Assembly: GCF_036321535.1 (NCBI RefSeq)
Contig: NC_087449.1
Span: 48,608,001 to 48,672,000 of the forward strand
Direction: 5' to 3'
From: Camelus dromedarius
Taxonomy: Eukaryota
DNA length: 64,000 nucleotides
The notes under the pieces were generated by a model, which searched no databases, was not told the DNA's origin, and worked only from the letters and a program-made list of their open reading frames with translations. The translations under genes and the position numbers were made by a program. This document shows, piece by piece, positions 22,201 to 43,200 of the stretch (positions are counted from its first letter, which is position 1; each line of letters starts with the position of its first letter).

Positions 22201-25200
22201 AGTTTATGTCCATTCTCCAAACTGCAGCCTGCAGAACGTTTCTAAAGAGCAACTCTAATCATCCATAACCATTTGAAGATTCCCCACTACCTAAGGGAAA
22301 ATCACAAGCCTTTATCTCCTGACACTCAAACAGCCTACTCCTTGCCTACCTTCCTCAACACCGCATTCCAATGATACCAGACTCTCCTGAAGAATCCGCC
22401 CACTCCCTTAACTCTGTGTCTTTGCACATGCTGCTCCTTTTGTCTGTGGAACGTCCAAAGCTCCATTTATTCTTCAGGGCTTAATGTACCTGCCACCGTC
22501 TCTGTGACAGAGGGCACTTTCTGTACTTGGTTGAGACCTCTATGGTGGCACAACTCACAATCTGACTCATGTGCTAGCTGTCTGTGAGTCTGTCTCCCCA
22601 GGTGCAGGAAAATGCTTAACTATGATCATCAGTAACACAGCCTGAGTACTCTGTGACAAGGTTTTCAAATACCTAATGTCATTTGGTCCTTGAAACATCT
22701 TACAGATAAACAGGCTCCGTGAAGTTATGCATTTGCCCAAGATCACATAATTAGAATGTGGTGAAATCTGAACATGAATCCAACCCTTGCTCTTAACCAC
22801 AGGGCTTATCCTGCCTCTTGCAGGGAATCCTTCTGATGGGCTTAGCCCCACCGACCCCATTACCTTGGCACTATACTGGTTGAGCTCTCCGCCCTCGTGG
22901 CCTGCAATGATGCACTCTCCGAGGGGCCCCCAAACGGCGCTGGTGATCTTGGAGTCGTTGCAAGGGATCTTCATATAGGGCTCATTGCTGTCTGTGTGGG
23001 GCAGCAGATATCAGGCCCTGGGCTCTGGAGCCGCGCCCTTCACCTCAACCCTAGTCCTGAGCCCCAGTGCCGGCTCACCGATCTGGCTCGGATCCCGCAG
23101 GTCAAAGAAGCTCACGAAGCACTGGTAGCCCATCTGCTTGTCCGTGGAGAACATGATGATATTGCCCCCAAAGTCAAAGCCACAGGTCCGGACAGCTGAA
23201 TTAGTCTTGAGTAGGGCCAGCTGCTTCCCTGGGGACAGGCAGAGTCTGGGCTACCCCTTGCCCACTGCCATCTCAGGATGGACACCCTCTACACGTGCCT
23301 ATTGTCACATCTCACTCTTCCTCCTGTGCTAGCGACTCCAGCCCCTCACCCTCCTCCTCCTCCCTGCTGAGCTTTGGCTCAAGCCTTTTAACTTCTTCCC
23401 CACAGTCCCTCCTCAGACTGCCATGGTGGCACTTATAGAGGATTGCATTACATTTGTCTCTGCCTCAGAATGTGCTCCTTCACAGTGAAGACCTGCTCTA
23501 ACTTCTCTGTGTGTCCTCTGTGCCCAGCACAGACCTAGGAGAGAACTGTGTGTCCAGTAAATATTTACTAAATGGAGTGGCTTAAGAGGCTCCCCTGTCT
23601 TCTGTCTGTTCTTCCAATGCTCTCCCACTGCTGCGGAGCTGGCTAAAGCTAAACACGCTCTTCCCTGCTCAGGGACCTCCACAGCATGCCAAGTCCTATA
23701 GAACAAAGCCATGCTCCGGAGTTGGCATTCAAGGCCTGTGCTGGCTCCAGCCTGCCTTGTCATCTCCACTGCTGTCTATTTCAACCCCCAAGAGGCAGGA
23801 GCTCCTGCCAGATCAGATGACTTGGATATGACACTTGCCATGCTTTCATCCCTGCAGGTGCCAAAGTGATGACCTCCTTCTCATCCTTTAAACCTCAGCT
23901 CATATGACATTTACCTTGGGAAACCTTCCCAGGCTGCTCCCATCCCCGTTCCAGGCAGTCAGTTGTGCCCCATCTGGCCATCCACGGTACTCTTTGCTTC
24001 CTCTAACATGGCTTAGATCTCACTGGAGTGCCTCTTTTCCCGTCTGTCTTCCTTATTTTCTTGTCTGTCTCTTCCTCCCTAGACTAGGAACCATCTCGGG
24101 ATTTATCTCTATTTCCCCAGAACCTGTTCACCTAAACAAGTGTACCGTAGGTCCTCACTGTTTGTTAAAAAAGTGAAGGGTCCAGGCTTACCTGTTTCAC
24201 AGTCCCAAAGACGACAGCTGTTGTCAGCTGAGCCAGTGAGGACATGCTTGGTGTCCCCTGAAGAGGGTGTTAAGAAACATGACTGAGTTCACCTGAGCCC
24301 TTGTCCTCTTGGAAGGCCAACTGAATCACCTCCCTTTTCAGCCCCAGAGAGCCTTTCTTCCTCTCTTACCGCAGAACATTCTAACCTCCTCATCTGGAAC
24401 ATTCATGTTCTAAATGTTCCCCCAACCAGTGAACAGACCAAGGAGTAGGAGGCTGGTATCATATTCTAGACCCATGGGAGTATCCCAAACTCCCAACTCC
24501 AAGTCAGCAGCCTCTCCATTGCTGGCAGACCCTGGGAGCAAAGACTCAGGGCAGAGACAAGGATACAGTCGGCATCCACACACCACACAGCTCCGGTATG
24601 GCCCATGTAGGTGCCCAGCCTCTCACCATTCACAGAGTACCATACATTGACAATCTGAAGGAGTCAACGACAACGTGACAGAATGATACACATCCCTGGA
24701 AGAGCAATGGTCTCCTATTTTGCCCCAGGAACCCTGGCAGCCTCTAACCAGGCCAGATTCTGCCCTCTCCTGCTCATCTCTTGAGAAACAGCAGATCGCT
24801 GGTAAAAAGACCAACTCCTGGATTCTCTTCCTTCCTGCAGGTAAGCAGCAGGGAGCCAGGAGGCTTGCACAAAGTCTCCATTTGCCACTATCTCAGCTCC
24901 TCCCCAGACTCCTAAGCCCTCAAAAGAACAAAAAGCCAAGTTGAGTGCCAGCCTAGAAAAAGAGTAGCTTTGGTGTTCTGTCCAAATGGGAGCAGTTGGC
25001 AGTAGGGAAGCCTGGGTTCCAGTCCCTGCTCTGCTACTATCTCACTGTATTATCTCAAAATTAGTGCTTCTCCCCTTGGAACTTCAGTTTTCCCATCTGT
25101 AAAATGGCCATGACAATAATGCCTTCTTCAAAGGGTAGCTGTGAGGCTCCAATAAAATGATATCTAAAACATTTAAAATATAAGTGACTAACATTAATTA

Positions 25201-26126
25201 GGAACGCACACACAGCAGGTACTGTGCGAAGCTCCCTCCTTGAATAATCTCATTAAATCTTAAAGACAATCCCATGAGGGAGGTAGTATTTTTACCCATG
25301 TTTTGTAAAAAGGGACACTTAAAAAGTTTATAAAGGTTAAACGACATGCTTAAAGTTACACTGCTAGTGAATGAGGGACTCAGGATTCAAATCAGGTCTG
25401 TTTGGTTTCAGAGCTCCCACTTTTCGCCACTAGAGTTAACTTCCTCCATATGCAGGTGTCTCAAAAGGCATTACTGTCAGGGGCTGTTTGCACTGAGTGG
25501 CAGGATGGAGCCCAAAAGGGCTGACTGAAATGAGATCAGGGTCATCTTCATTAAGGCCTCTGTGTCCCCTGCCGCCCAAGGATCATCTTTCTCCTTCTAC
25601 AGGTGGTCAGCTCCCCTATCCTTGTAGAATAGTTTGTTCTCCCCGCCCCGTGAGTGAGCTGACCCTCGTCCAGTCCCCCTTCCACCATGGTCTCTCGTTT
25701 TTCTTCTCGGCTACCCCCTCTTCCTACCAACAACTGAGCTCTTTTCCACCTCTCCCGGTTTAACGTTCTCGCCACCTAACCCTGGAATGGTCTCTCTTAT
25801 TTCTCAGAATGTCAATTCTTTGGTTTCTCTCTCGTGGCAAAACTGGGTTGTTCACTCTTCGCCCCAGCAGAATGAACTTGCCCCCTCCCAGACCCTCTCC
25901 GCATGGTCCCGCCAGCCCGCCCTTCCGCCGAAGCTCACAGGGTCCTTGGCCACCGTGAAGAGGAGGTCTCCTTCGCGGTTGTACTTAATCTGAGTAATGG
26001 ACCGCTCATGGCCCTGCAGCAGGATCGGCTTCTGTGGGGATAGGATGGGAGTGTCAGCGCCCAGAATCGGCCCCAGCCCCGGCCGGGATCCCCACGTAAC
26101 ACCCCGAACGCAAGAGAACTCACCAT
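19276..26126 (-). CDS. EIF3I: Eukaryotic translation initiation factor 3 subunit I (WD40), 325 aa, 11 coding exons
   Basis: Exons 26126-26124 (ATG only), 26031-25939, 24654-24567, 24257-24192, 23228-23079, 22991-22864, 20793-(about 20683, mostly in the N gap), 20566-20477, 20157-20084, 19579-19487, 19357-19276. [26 protein letters not shown]...[13 protein letters not shown]. Confidence 0.97.
21781..21929 (-). mobile_element. Camelid tRNA-derived SINE, 5'-truncated, in an EIF3I intron
   Basis: GGGGATTGAACCCAGGACCTCATGCATGCTAAG...CTACCACTTGAGCTA plus the reverse-complement tail. Confidence 0.85.
23770..24170. mobile_element. LINE-2 remnants in an EIF3I intron
   Basis: CTCCTTCTCATCCTTTAAACCTCAGCTCATATGACATTTACCTTGGGAAACCTTCCC...TCTCCTCCCTAGACT...TCCCCAGAACCT resembles the L2 3' end. 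Confidence 0.55.
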
Positions 26127-26245
26127 CCCTGCGGTGACGCGAGGGAAGCGGCAACGTGAATGAGACCGGAAGAGGCTTTGGCGCCACTTCCGGATTACGG
26201 GCCTCCTCCCCTTCGTTCCCGGAAGTGGAGAGGGGCGGCGTTGCC
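26127..26245. promoter_or_regulatory. Bidirectional CpG-island promoter shared by EIF3I and TMEM234
   Basis: Only 119 nt between the two ATGs. Three ETS/GABP motifs: CCGGAAG 26166-26172, ACTTCCGG 26186-26193, CCGGAAGT 26219-26226. Confidence 0.85.
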
Positions 26246-30546
<4,301 letters not shown>

Positions 30547-31172
30547 GTGGGCCATCACCACCCTCCAGCCCTGCTGTCTCCAGGAAGCCCCAAGGCCAGG
30601 AGGTAGAGGCAGTGAGCATGTGGACTTAACCCTTCCCTCCCCTCCCCACCAGCCTCTGGGCCACAGCTTCCTCATCTCTGGGAAGATAGCTACCTCATGG
30701 CTCACTGTAAGCGAACAAGAGTGAAAGGGTTTGGTAACTTTCAAGTGCTATTCAGCTGCTTGGATTTAGCACCAGAGACTTCACACTCACCCTCAGCAAC
30801 CTTTCTTCCCCAGCAGCAGTCTGCCTGCTGTCATGTCAGGTCCCCAGCCCTGCCTGTGTGACTGTGGCCTAATCTGGACTATCCCAGTGGCATGGTTGAT
30901 GGCCTATACAACCCCAGCAGGGAGAGGGCCAGCTGTCTTTGAGCCAGAAATGCAAACCGGAAGTCTCCAGGGCTCAGCCTTGACTGGCTGAGGAGGGAAC
31001 TGAGGGGAGGTTGCCTAAGAATGGCAGATGTAGGGGAGATGAGCTGGCTGACCCTCCCGAAGGGTGGTTGGAAATTCTCTGCTGCCTGCTGCCCTCAAAC
31101 AGATAAGATACCTGTGGGCCCTGCATGGCTGACTTCAGCATGTGGAGCAATGCCTGGCGAGCAGTAGTCTGT

Positions 31173-31219
31173 AATAAATCTGTGGTAAACAGATGGAGGT
31201 TAGTAAGTACTCTTTTATT
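31173..31219. terminator. Opposed polyadenylation signals of TMEM234 (+, AATAAA 31173-31178) and DCDC2B (-, 31214-31219)
   Basis: Read directly. Each is the first AATAAA hexamer I found downstream of the respective stop codon. Confidence 0.7.
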
Positions 31220-31513
31220 GTGACAGACCTGCTCCCAAGTTTGTGGTCTCTCCCCCAAGCTCAGTTGACCACTCCTTTCTCTGGCCAGAGAACCTCATAA
31301 AGAAATGGCCTCTGTGGCTGGGGCTGCTCTGCTCAGAGAGGAAGGGAAGACTGGGCTATGGGTATAGGAGCAGAAGGGTGGGACTGAGGGAGCTTCTGTG
31401 TACCCTGTGAGCCCAGGGGATGTGCTGGGTCCTGGAGAACAGGCCTCTGGAGGCTGAGGATAAAAGGTGGCTGCAGAGTGGCCGTCCTCAGTTCCTGGTC
31501 AGAGCTGAGGCTC

Positions 31514-34500
31514 TCAAGATGGTGGAGCAGAGGCCGAGGCTGAGATAGCTGCCCCAGCCCCAGGCTGGTTTTCCAGGAACAGGGCCTCTTCCACTATCTG
31601 GGCTGCCCTCTGGAGGAGGCAGAAGGCCATACAGAATGAAGCCATTAGCACCCCATGCCCAGCCCCCAGCCCTTAGTCTTGAGTTTCCTGACCCCAGAAA
31701 AGGAAAAGACTAGAAATTAGGATCTGCCCTTTCATTTAACAAGGTAGGAAGTCAGACTCTGAGAGTTTAAGAGGTCTACTCACAGTCTCAAGAGAGAACT
31801 GTCTCTGGGACCCAGGGCTGCTGGTTTCCAGCTCAGAACTCCAGTCCCAACATATGGCTTCCAGCCCCAGCACACCTGATCTAAGAGTTCCTCGGTCCAG
31901 GTGTCCTCATCATCTGCTACTTCCTGGGCCCCTGCCGTCTCCTTCCTTGGGTGGGGAGCTCCATACACTCCCTTGACTCCTGATGTGGGAGGCAACAGGC
32001 TGATGCCCAGGCTGAGGAGCCCTCAGCATGCTTTCCTTGACCTTGTCTACCAGCCCCCTTGCCTCCCCCAGCCTCATTCCGCATCCCTCATGACCTCAGA
32101 GGTTGGCAGCTCAGTTGAGAGGCAGGCTTTTGATCCCCATCCCCATGCCTTCCAAATCCCACCCCTGCAATGTCATTGCTTTGAGTTTCCACCTGCTTCT
32201 TTTCATAAGCCAAATCCCTGTGAAGAGACAAGAGACTGGATATGCACATGGAGGAGTAGGAGACAGTTGTGCTAAGGTCAGGAGCGGCTCTGAACCTGGG
32301 CGTTCTTCCCCACGGACCTCCCCCATCATAGCAGGGCCCATCCTATGTCACTGTCAGAGGGTTGGCTAAGAAGGCCTTGGATTCTGGGGTCCCCTCACCT
32401 GATAGAAAGGAGAGAGTAGGCAGCATGCTTCTTGGCTGAATGGCCTGCTGGGGTCTGGCATAGAAAGCAGATGGCTCAATTTGGCTGGCTTCCTTTGGAG
32501 AGGACTGGGATGCCTGTGCCCTGTGGCCATGGGCCTGCAGAGGGAACACAGGGCTTGGGCCGTGGCTGCTAGCTGTCCTTACCTTGTCTACTCCCAGTCC
32601 AGGCTTGAATGCCCCTGGTGCCTGTGGGAGCTTGGGAGAAGAGATGCTGTCCACCCTCATAACCTGCATCCCCCCTCCCTGCTCCCTCTTCCCATCAGGT
32701 TGCCTTATCCAGGGCACAGCAGGTGGTGCCTGGTACTGAAGATGCCCAATGAAACCAGGCTGTATCCCTCTAACCCCCACTCAATGTGCACTGGCTCATC
32801 TCTTGGGAGGGCTCAGGCTTAGGATAAGACGGGAAGCTGGTAACCATCTTTGGACCCTGCTGTGCCAGATATGCTGGTTCTTTCTCCCAGCATCCAACCT
32901 GGCAAGAAGACATTAGGTCCAGCAATTCAGAGTCCTGAAGATCTTCATAGAGCCCAGATGAGCTGGCTTTCAGACCAGGTTCTGATCTGGCCCATGTCAA
33001 TAACTGTGTTACATTGAACAAATTACTTCACTCCTCTCAACTTAGCCTCTCCTCTGGAAAATGGGAATAATAATCTCTATTTCACGAGATTATTGAGAGG
33101 ATGCAGTGAGAGAAGATCAGAGCCTGAGCTGGAGGAGGACTCAGCTGGTCACCCCCTTTCTTTCCCACCCCCGTGGCCTGCTGCATCGCCTACCCCCTGC
33201 TTGTGGGGCCTGGACCTTGGGTCTGGGGGATGCCTGCAATGAAAAAAGAAAGGGTTTATAATAGGCCGAGGAGGACACAGAGTCAGGGTGGGGTCCTCTG
33301 CTCTAACCTGCTACCCTTCCACCTCACACGTACGTACCAGCATCCCCTGGGCAGTGAGGGGCTGGGCACCAGCAGCTCCAGGTAGGGGAGGGCCTTGAAT
33401 TCATCCTCTCCAACGGCCACATAGTAATGGCCACTCACCAGAGCCTCCCTTGCTGACAGCGGGAGCCCCTCCAGGGTGCAGAGTCTGGGAGAGAGAGGTG
33501 AGCAGATAAGGGCCAGTGAACAAGATGCATCTTCATATTCAGCAGATTATGAGGGGGTGGGTACAACTATTCCAAAGTGCCTTTTGGCTGCTGGCCCTCC
33601 GGACACCAGGCTCTGTCCTGGCTCCGAGAGCTGGGCTGGAGGGGCCTCTCTCTCTGTGGCACAGAAAGAAGTCCCATTTCGGGAAACATGCTTTCCTTTT
33701 GCCTTTTCATTTTTGAGAACAGCCAAAACCAGAAGGGAGGCTCCCTTTGGGGACTTTCAGGTCTCCCCAGTCCCCAGACTCACTTGCACACAGTCCCGCT
33801 CTGTAATTTCACCTTCTTGGTCAGGAGCTTCAACACTGCTTCCCAGTCCTCGCTGGCAGCCTGGGGCAGCTTCAGGCTAAATGGGGGACTTAACAGGTCC
33901 CCATTCCTGAACACACTGGGACAAAGAGCAGCCTGGTAATGGTGTGAGAGGATGAGGGGTGGCACAGGGGCCAGAAGATGGGCCAAGGACCAGTGCATTG
34001 GTCCATTTTCACCCACCAAGCATGCTGGACTTTTTATAACCCCACCGGTGACCAGGGGCTCCTGGAACAAATCCACCCCCATTTTCTTGGTCTCACTGAA
34101 ACAAAAATCTCTGACACGGGCACTCACTGGATGTAGCAGGGGGAACCTGCAGGTGGCCGCCGTCCAAGGGCCCCGCCACACAACTGGTGAGTCATGGGAG
34201 GACCCTGAAACCCAAGTCAGGAGAGAGCTGAGGCCTTTGGTCAGGGTAGGTCAGTCCAAGGTGGGTAGGGTAAGGAAAAGGAACCAGACTGGGGCAGAAG
34301 AGAGGGCAAGGAGGGATGGGACTGGTGACATCTTTCACCAAAGGGTGCTTCTACCTCACCTAAGTCACGTTCCTTGCCCCCTCTCGCCCCCTCTATGTTT
34401 TACAGCTTCCTCTTTCCTTTGAGAACTACAGCCTAGAGATAAGTAAAAGGCTGGAAAAGGAGCAAAGAATAGTGTCTTGAAATCCTCCACCCCTAGGAAG

Positions 34501-36072
34501 GCTAGCAGCTGCTCCAGAGTAGGTTTGGAGAGAGGCCAATCTGCTGCTTCCAGAGCCCCTGCCTTCCCAGACCAAACTGGGGGCAGTCCCCGGAGGGGGT
34601 GGAGAACAGAGTGCTGAGGGCCGGCCTCTCCCAGGACTCACTGGTGGTCTGCTGCTCTTCCCACCTGGATCCTTCCCTCCAGAGGGTAGATAGCTGAAAG
34701 GATAGATAGGTCGCAGGTCATCTTGGGAAGCCTAGGACCTCAACAGCCTGGCAGCTGCGAGTGCAGGGCTGGGACCTAGCTCACCAGGTCTCCCTGTTGG
34801 AATAGTCTGTCATCTCAGTCCAGAAACATGCTGACGTGTGAACTTGCCTTAAGAGACTTTTTTTTTTTTTTTCAATGGAGGTACTGGGGATTGAATCCAG
34901 TACCTTGTGCCTGCTAAGCTATACCCTCCCCCTGAGCCTGCCTTAGGCCCTGTATCAGGCTGAACATCCAGACTGGGGTCTCAAGCCACAAGATTAAAGG
35001 CTGAGATCCTACTGTATCTCAGTAATTTTCTCTTTCATGAGGTAGGTGGTATTATCTCATTTTGTATGAGATTGAGTTAAGTGACTCACCTAAATAACAC
35101 AGAAGTGACATAGCCCAGATTCTAAGCCTCTCTAGCTCTCAACTCCTTGTTCCATACGTTACAGCAGCGAGCAACCTCAGCTGAGAGCGGAGCAGGACCT
35201 GGAAGCCAGATCCGATTTGGAAGTTCAGATACTCAAATTATTCTCCCATCTTGGAAAGCACAGCTCCACTCACCCTGTAAAGGGTGATCCCAGCCTAGTG
35301 GAAAGCATGGGATACCTAAACACGGCAGGGAGGAAATGATGGATGGAGTATTTGGTGGTGGAGGATCCAATCAAGACCCTTTGAAGCAGGGGAGGGTATA
35401 GCTCAGTGGTAGAGTTTGTGCTTAGCATGCACTAGGTCCTGGGTTCAGTCCGCAGTACCTCCAATAAAAATTAATAAACCTAATTACCTCCCCCCCCCAA
35501 AAAAACAAACAAAAAAAAGAAGAGCCTTTGGAAAAAGAGGTTCAGAATGTTCTCACTGGTTGGTCCTGGCTCTATGATGGGCATGAACATCAGTGTCAGA
35601 CTTCGACTTGAACTGTGGCTCCACTTCTGTTACTTGTGTACTCTTAGGCAGGCTATTTCACTACCCTGATTTCTCCTTCCAAAGGATGGAGATAAGACCA
35701 CCCCCTTCATAGGATTGCTGTATTCCAGGAGATATACAGTAAATGCTGAACAAGTGTGGTTGCTGTTACCCACTCCCTAGGCTCTGACCAGCCCCAGCCC
35801 ACTCACGGAAGCTTGCAGAATCGTTCCAAGCCAGCAGCCACATACTGCCCTCCATTCCGCAGGTCCGCCAGGTCGGTGACAGGGTGGCCATGACAAGGCG
35901 TGTAGAGAGCACGCACAGCCAGTGGGGCCTGCACAGCCGATGTTACCTCACAGAGGAAGGCCTCCAGGGTGGGGAAGCGTCGTTGAGTCACCACCAGCTG
36001 GTGGCCTGGGGAGAAGGGGTCCCCATTCCGGTACACTACTACCTTCTTGGCTGCTGGACTGCCACCTGCCAT
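31514..36072 (-). CDS. DCDC2B: Doublecortin domain-containing protein 2B, 349 aa, 9 coding exons
   Basis: Exons 36072-35807, 34693-34642, 34204-34128, 33915-33784, 33484-33338, 33233-33194, 32534-32399, 31979-31876, 31609-31514 (1050 nt, open frame). Two DCX domains ([10 protein letters not shown]..., [12 protein letters not shown]...). Confidence 0.96.
34857..34932 (-). mobile_element. Camelid SINE with internal deletion
   Basis: (T)n CAATGGAGGTACTGGGGATTGAATCC...GCTATACCCTCCCCC. Confidence 0.8.
35388..35519 (+). mobile_element. Camelid tRNA-derived SINE (Vic-1-like)
   Basis: Full head, B-box and AATAAACCTAATTACCTCCCCCCCC tail. Degenerate TSD AAGACCCTTTGAA / AAGAGCCTTTGGAA. Confidence 0.9.
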
Positions 36073-36101
36073 AGCGTATCCTCAGCTAGAGACGCACAGC
36101 T

Positions 36102-36114
36102 GTTGCCAGGCAAC
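36102..36114. promoter_or_regulatory. DCDC2B: Palindromic RFX X-box upstream of DCDC2B
   Basis: GTTGCCAGGCAAC, 29 nt upstream of the ATG. Confidence 0.75.
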
Positions 36115-36590
36115 CAAGGCAGGGCTGGGAGGAGTGCCAATCTGAGGTGGAGTCCTGCTCTCTCACCCAGAAAGGCATGGAGAGCCTCCACAGGCAGATC
36201 TGTCTGCATTCAGGGTCTCATCCACTCTGCTCTTAGGGGAGCCTCACAACAGTAGGGCAGGTCTGATCACTATATATGAAAGATGACCCTGGGGCTCAGC
36301 GAGAGAGGCAGTGGCAGAAATCACACTGAAACACAGACGTTCCAATACTAGGGGGAAGGAGAGATTCTTAAGAGCCTCCTTGTTACTCTGCAGCCCAAGG
36401 GGTGAGCTTAAAGGAAGATCAGCTTTCAGGGCAGTTCCCCAAGGATGGCTAGTGTACTCCTGGGCTGTAGCTACCAGCCAGCTGTGGGGAAGATGCCCCA
36501 TGTCAGCAGGAAGCAAACAGGAGAGTCCAGGGTCTGTCCTGACCAGAGGCAGAAGATGAATGCAACCAGGCTCAGAGTCTAAGAAAAACC

Positions 36591-36596
36591 TTTATT
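36591..36596 (-). terminator. IQCC: IQCC polyadenylation signal
   Basis: TTTATT on the + strand, downstream of the homologous stop (36861). Confidence 0.65.
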
Positions 36597-36860
36597 CTCT
36601 GTCTGGCCCCCCAACTTTATTTACCCCAGGTAAGTCCCAAAATGTGAACTGAACCACAGGCAAAGGATGAGTGTCCTCCCTCTTCTCTCTCTGCTGGTAC
36701 CAGCCCTGTGCTTTAGCTTCTCTTGGTCTCATTAGCCAGGTCTCAATGCCCAGGGGCAGGGGGTAGAGCTGGTACCAAGGAGCTAGGAGGAGATCCTGTC
36801 TCCCTCATTGCCTTTTCATAGCATCCCTTTGGAACCTGGTCCTCCCTGATTCCCCAGGAT

Positions 36861-39217
<2,357 letters not shown>

Positions 39218-39219
39218 CC

Positions 39220-39520
39220 GGGCGTCCGCTGACCGACCCGCTGGCCCGGCGCTTGCGCAGTGCGTCACTGGCCCGCGCCGCGCGCTAGCTAGCGCAGGCC
39301 CCGCCCCGCCATCTCCACGGTGACCATCCGGCTCCCGCGCGGGCTAGACAAGGCTGGCGCCGGGCCGCAACTCCCACTCCAGAGCTGCCCGCGGGAATCC
39401 AGCCCCACAAGAGGGACCTGCCGAACCGGAAGTGTGTTGCTTAGGGGCGGCCCCCAGGTAGCTGGTGCCCGGGCGACCCTGCTGAGTAAGGGCGCAGTGG
39501 GGGCAGGGAGGACACGGAGT
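39220..39520 (-). promoter_or_regulatory. IQCC: IQCC CpG-island promoter
   Basis: CpG-rich. GC box 39297-39310, ETS ACCGGAAGTG 39425-39434, X-box-like GTCACCGTGGAGAT (- strand, 39324-39311). Confidence 0.65.
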
Positions 39521-39635
39521 CGCTTTCTTTCTTTCTGGTTTAATTCCATCCATTACCCCCCTCCCCCATAGCACCTGGGGGGCCGCGGAACACACAGTCG
39601 AGTCCGTAAAAAGTCACAGTTTGAAGGGAATGAGC

Positions 39636-42282
<2,647 letters not shown>

Positions 42283-42949
42283 TGGGTGCTGGCTAGGCCT
42301 CAGGCCCTGGGAGGGAAGCAGTCCCACTGAAATAGTAAGGGCTAAAGCCATCCTTTCCCTGGAAACTCCTGAGAGCTGCAAAGGACAGCCCTGAGACCTA
42401 ATTGCCCCCTCATCTGTCCAGGATGGCGAAGGTCAGTTATCAGCACCGACTCCTGAGGTCATGGATGTGTATCTGAAGGACCTTCTGTGGCCCACCCCAG
42501 GTTCCCTGCCCAACCCTGCCCTCAAGCCTTAGCCTGGAAGGGCTGGACCAGACATTGTTTTCCTGCTGCAGCTGCTCCTGGGGTTTCCTGTCCCTGTAGC
42601 TGAGGGGGTGGAGCTGGCAGAGGAAACGTAGGGGGAGACAGGGTGGATATGAGCTGGCAGGAGCCCTGCTGAGGATTAGGGTTGTCTTAATTAGCCTCCG
42701 TTCTATTTATTAACTGCCTGGACAGACGCTGACAAACCCTGTCGGCATGGGAGGCAACCAAAGTGTGGATGGGGCACCTGGGAAGACCCCAGTGTCAAGC
42801 AGTAACCCCCAGAGGATGGGCAGCAGGGCCAGAAGCCGTGGCATGCGGGCAGGGCTCAGTGTGGATTCCACGCACTTCAACACCGGCATCCCTCCTTTTC
42901 CATCCCACCCCCAATGGCAAACACCAGGCGACTCCTAGAAGTTCTCTGG

Positions 42950-43200
42950 GACAGACTTCCAGCCGCTTGGCCCTCTCCAGTCAGGAAGTTCCTGCTAGGC
43001 TTCTGCTGCAGCCAGAGTGGGCTGGGTGGTCGGGCAGCGGGCGGCCTGGGCCTGCAATAAAGGCTGAGCCCGAGGCTGGCACCGCTCGGCCGGCCGCCCG
43101 GCCCCGCCCCCTCAGCCTCAGGTCTCCGCCCACCGCATCTAATTCTGAGCGCCCTTTACGGGGTTTCCCCAAGCTGCTCACTCCCTGCAGCCACCACCAA
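42950..43200 (-). promoter_or_regulatory. CCDC28B: Probable CCDC28B promoter and non-coding exon 1
   Basis: Local CpG/GC-rich patch with GC box (GCCCCGCCCC, about 43101-43110), upstream of the acceptor of the first coding exon (42306). Exact exon 1 donor not determined. Confidence 0.55.
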
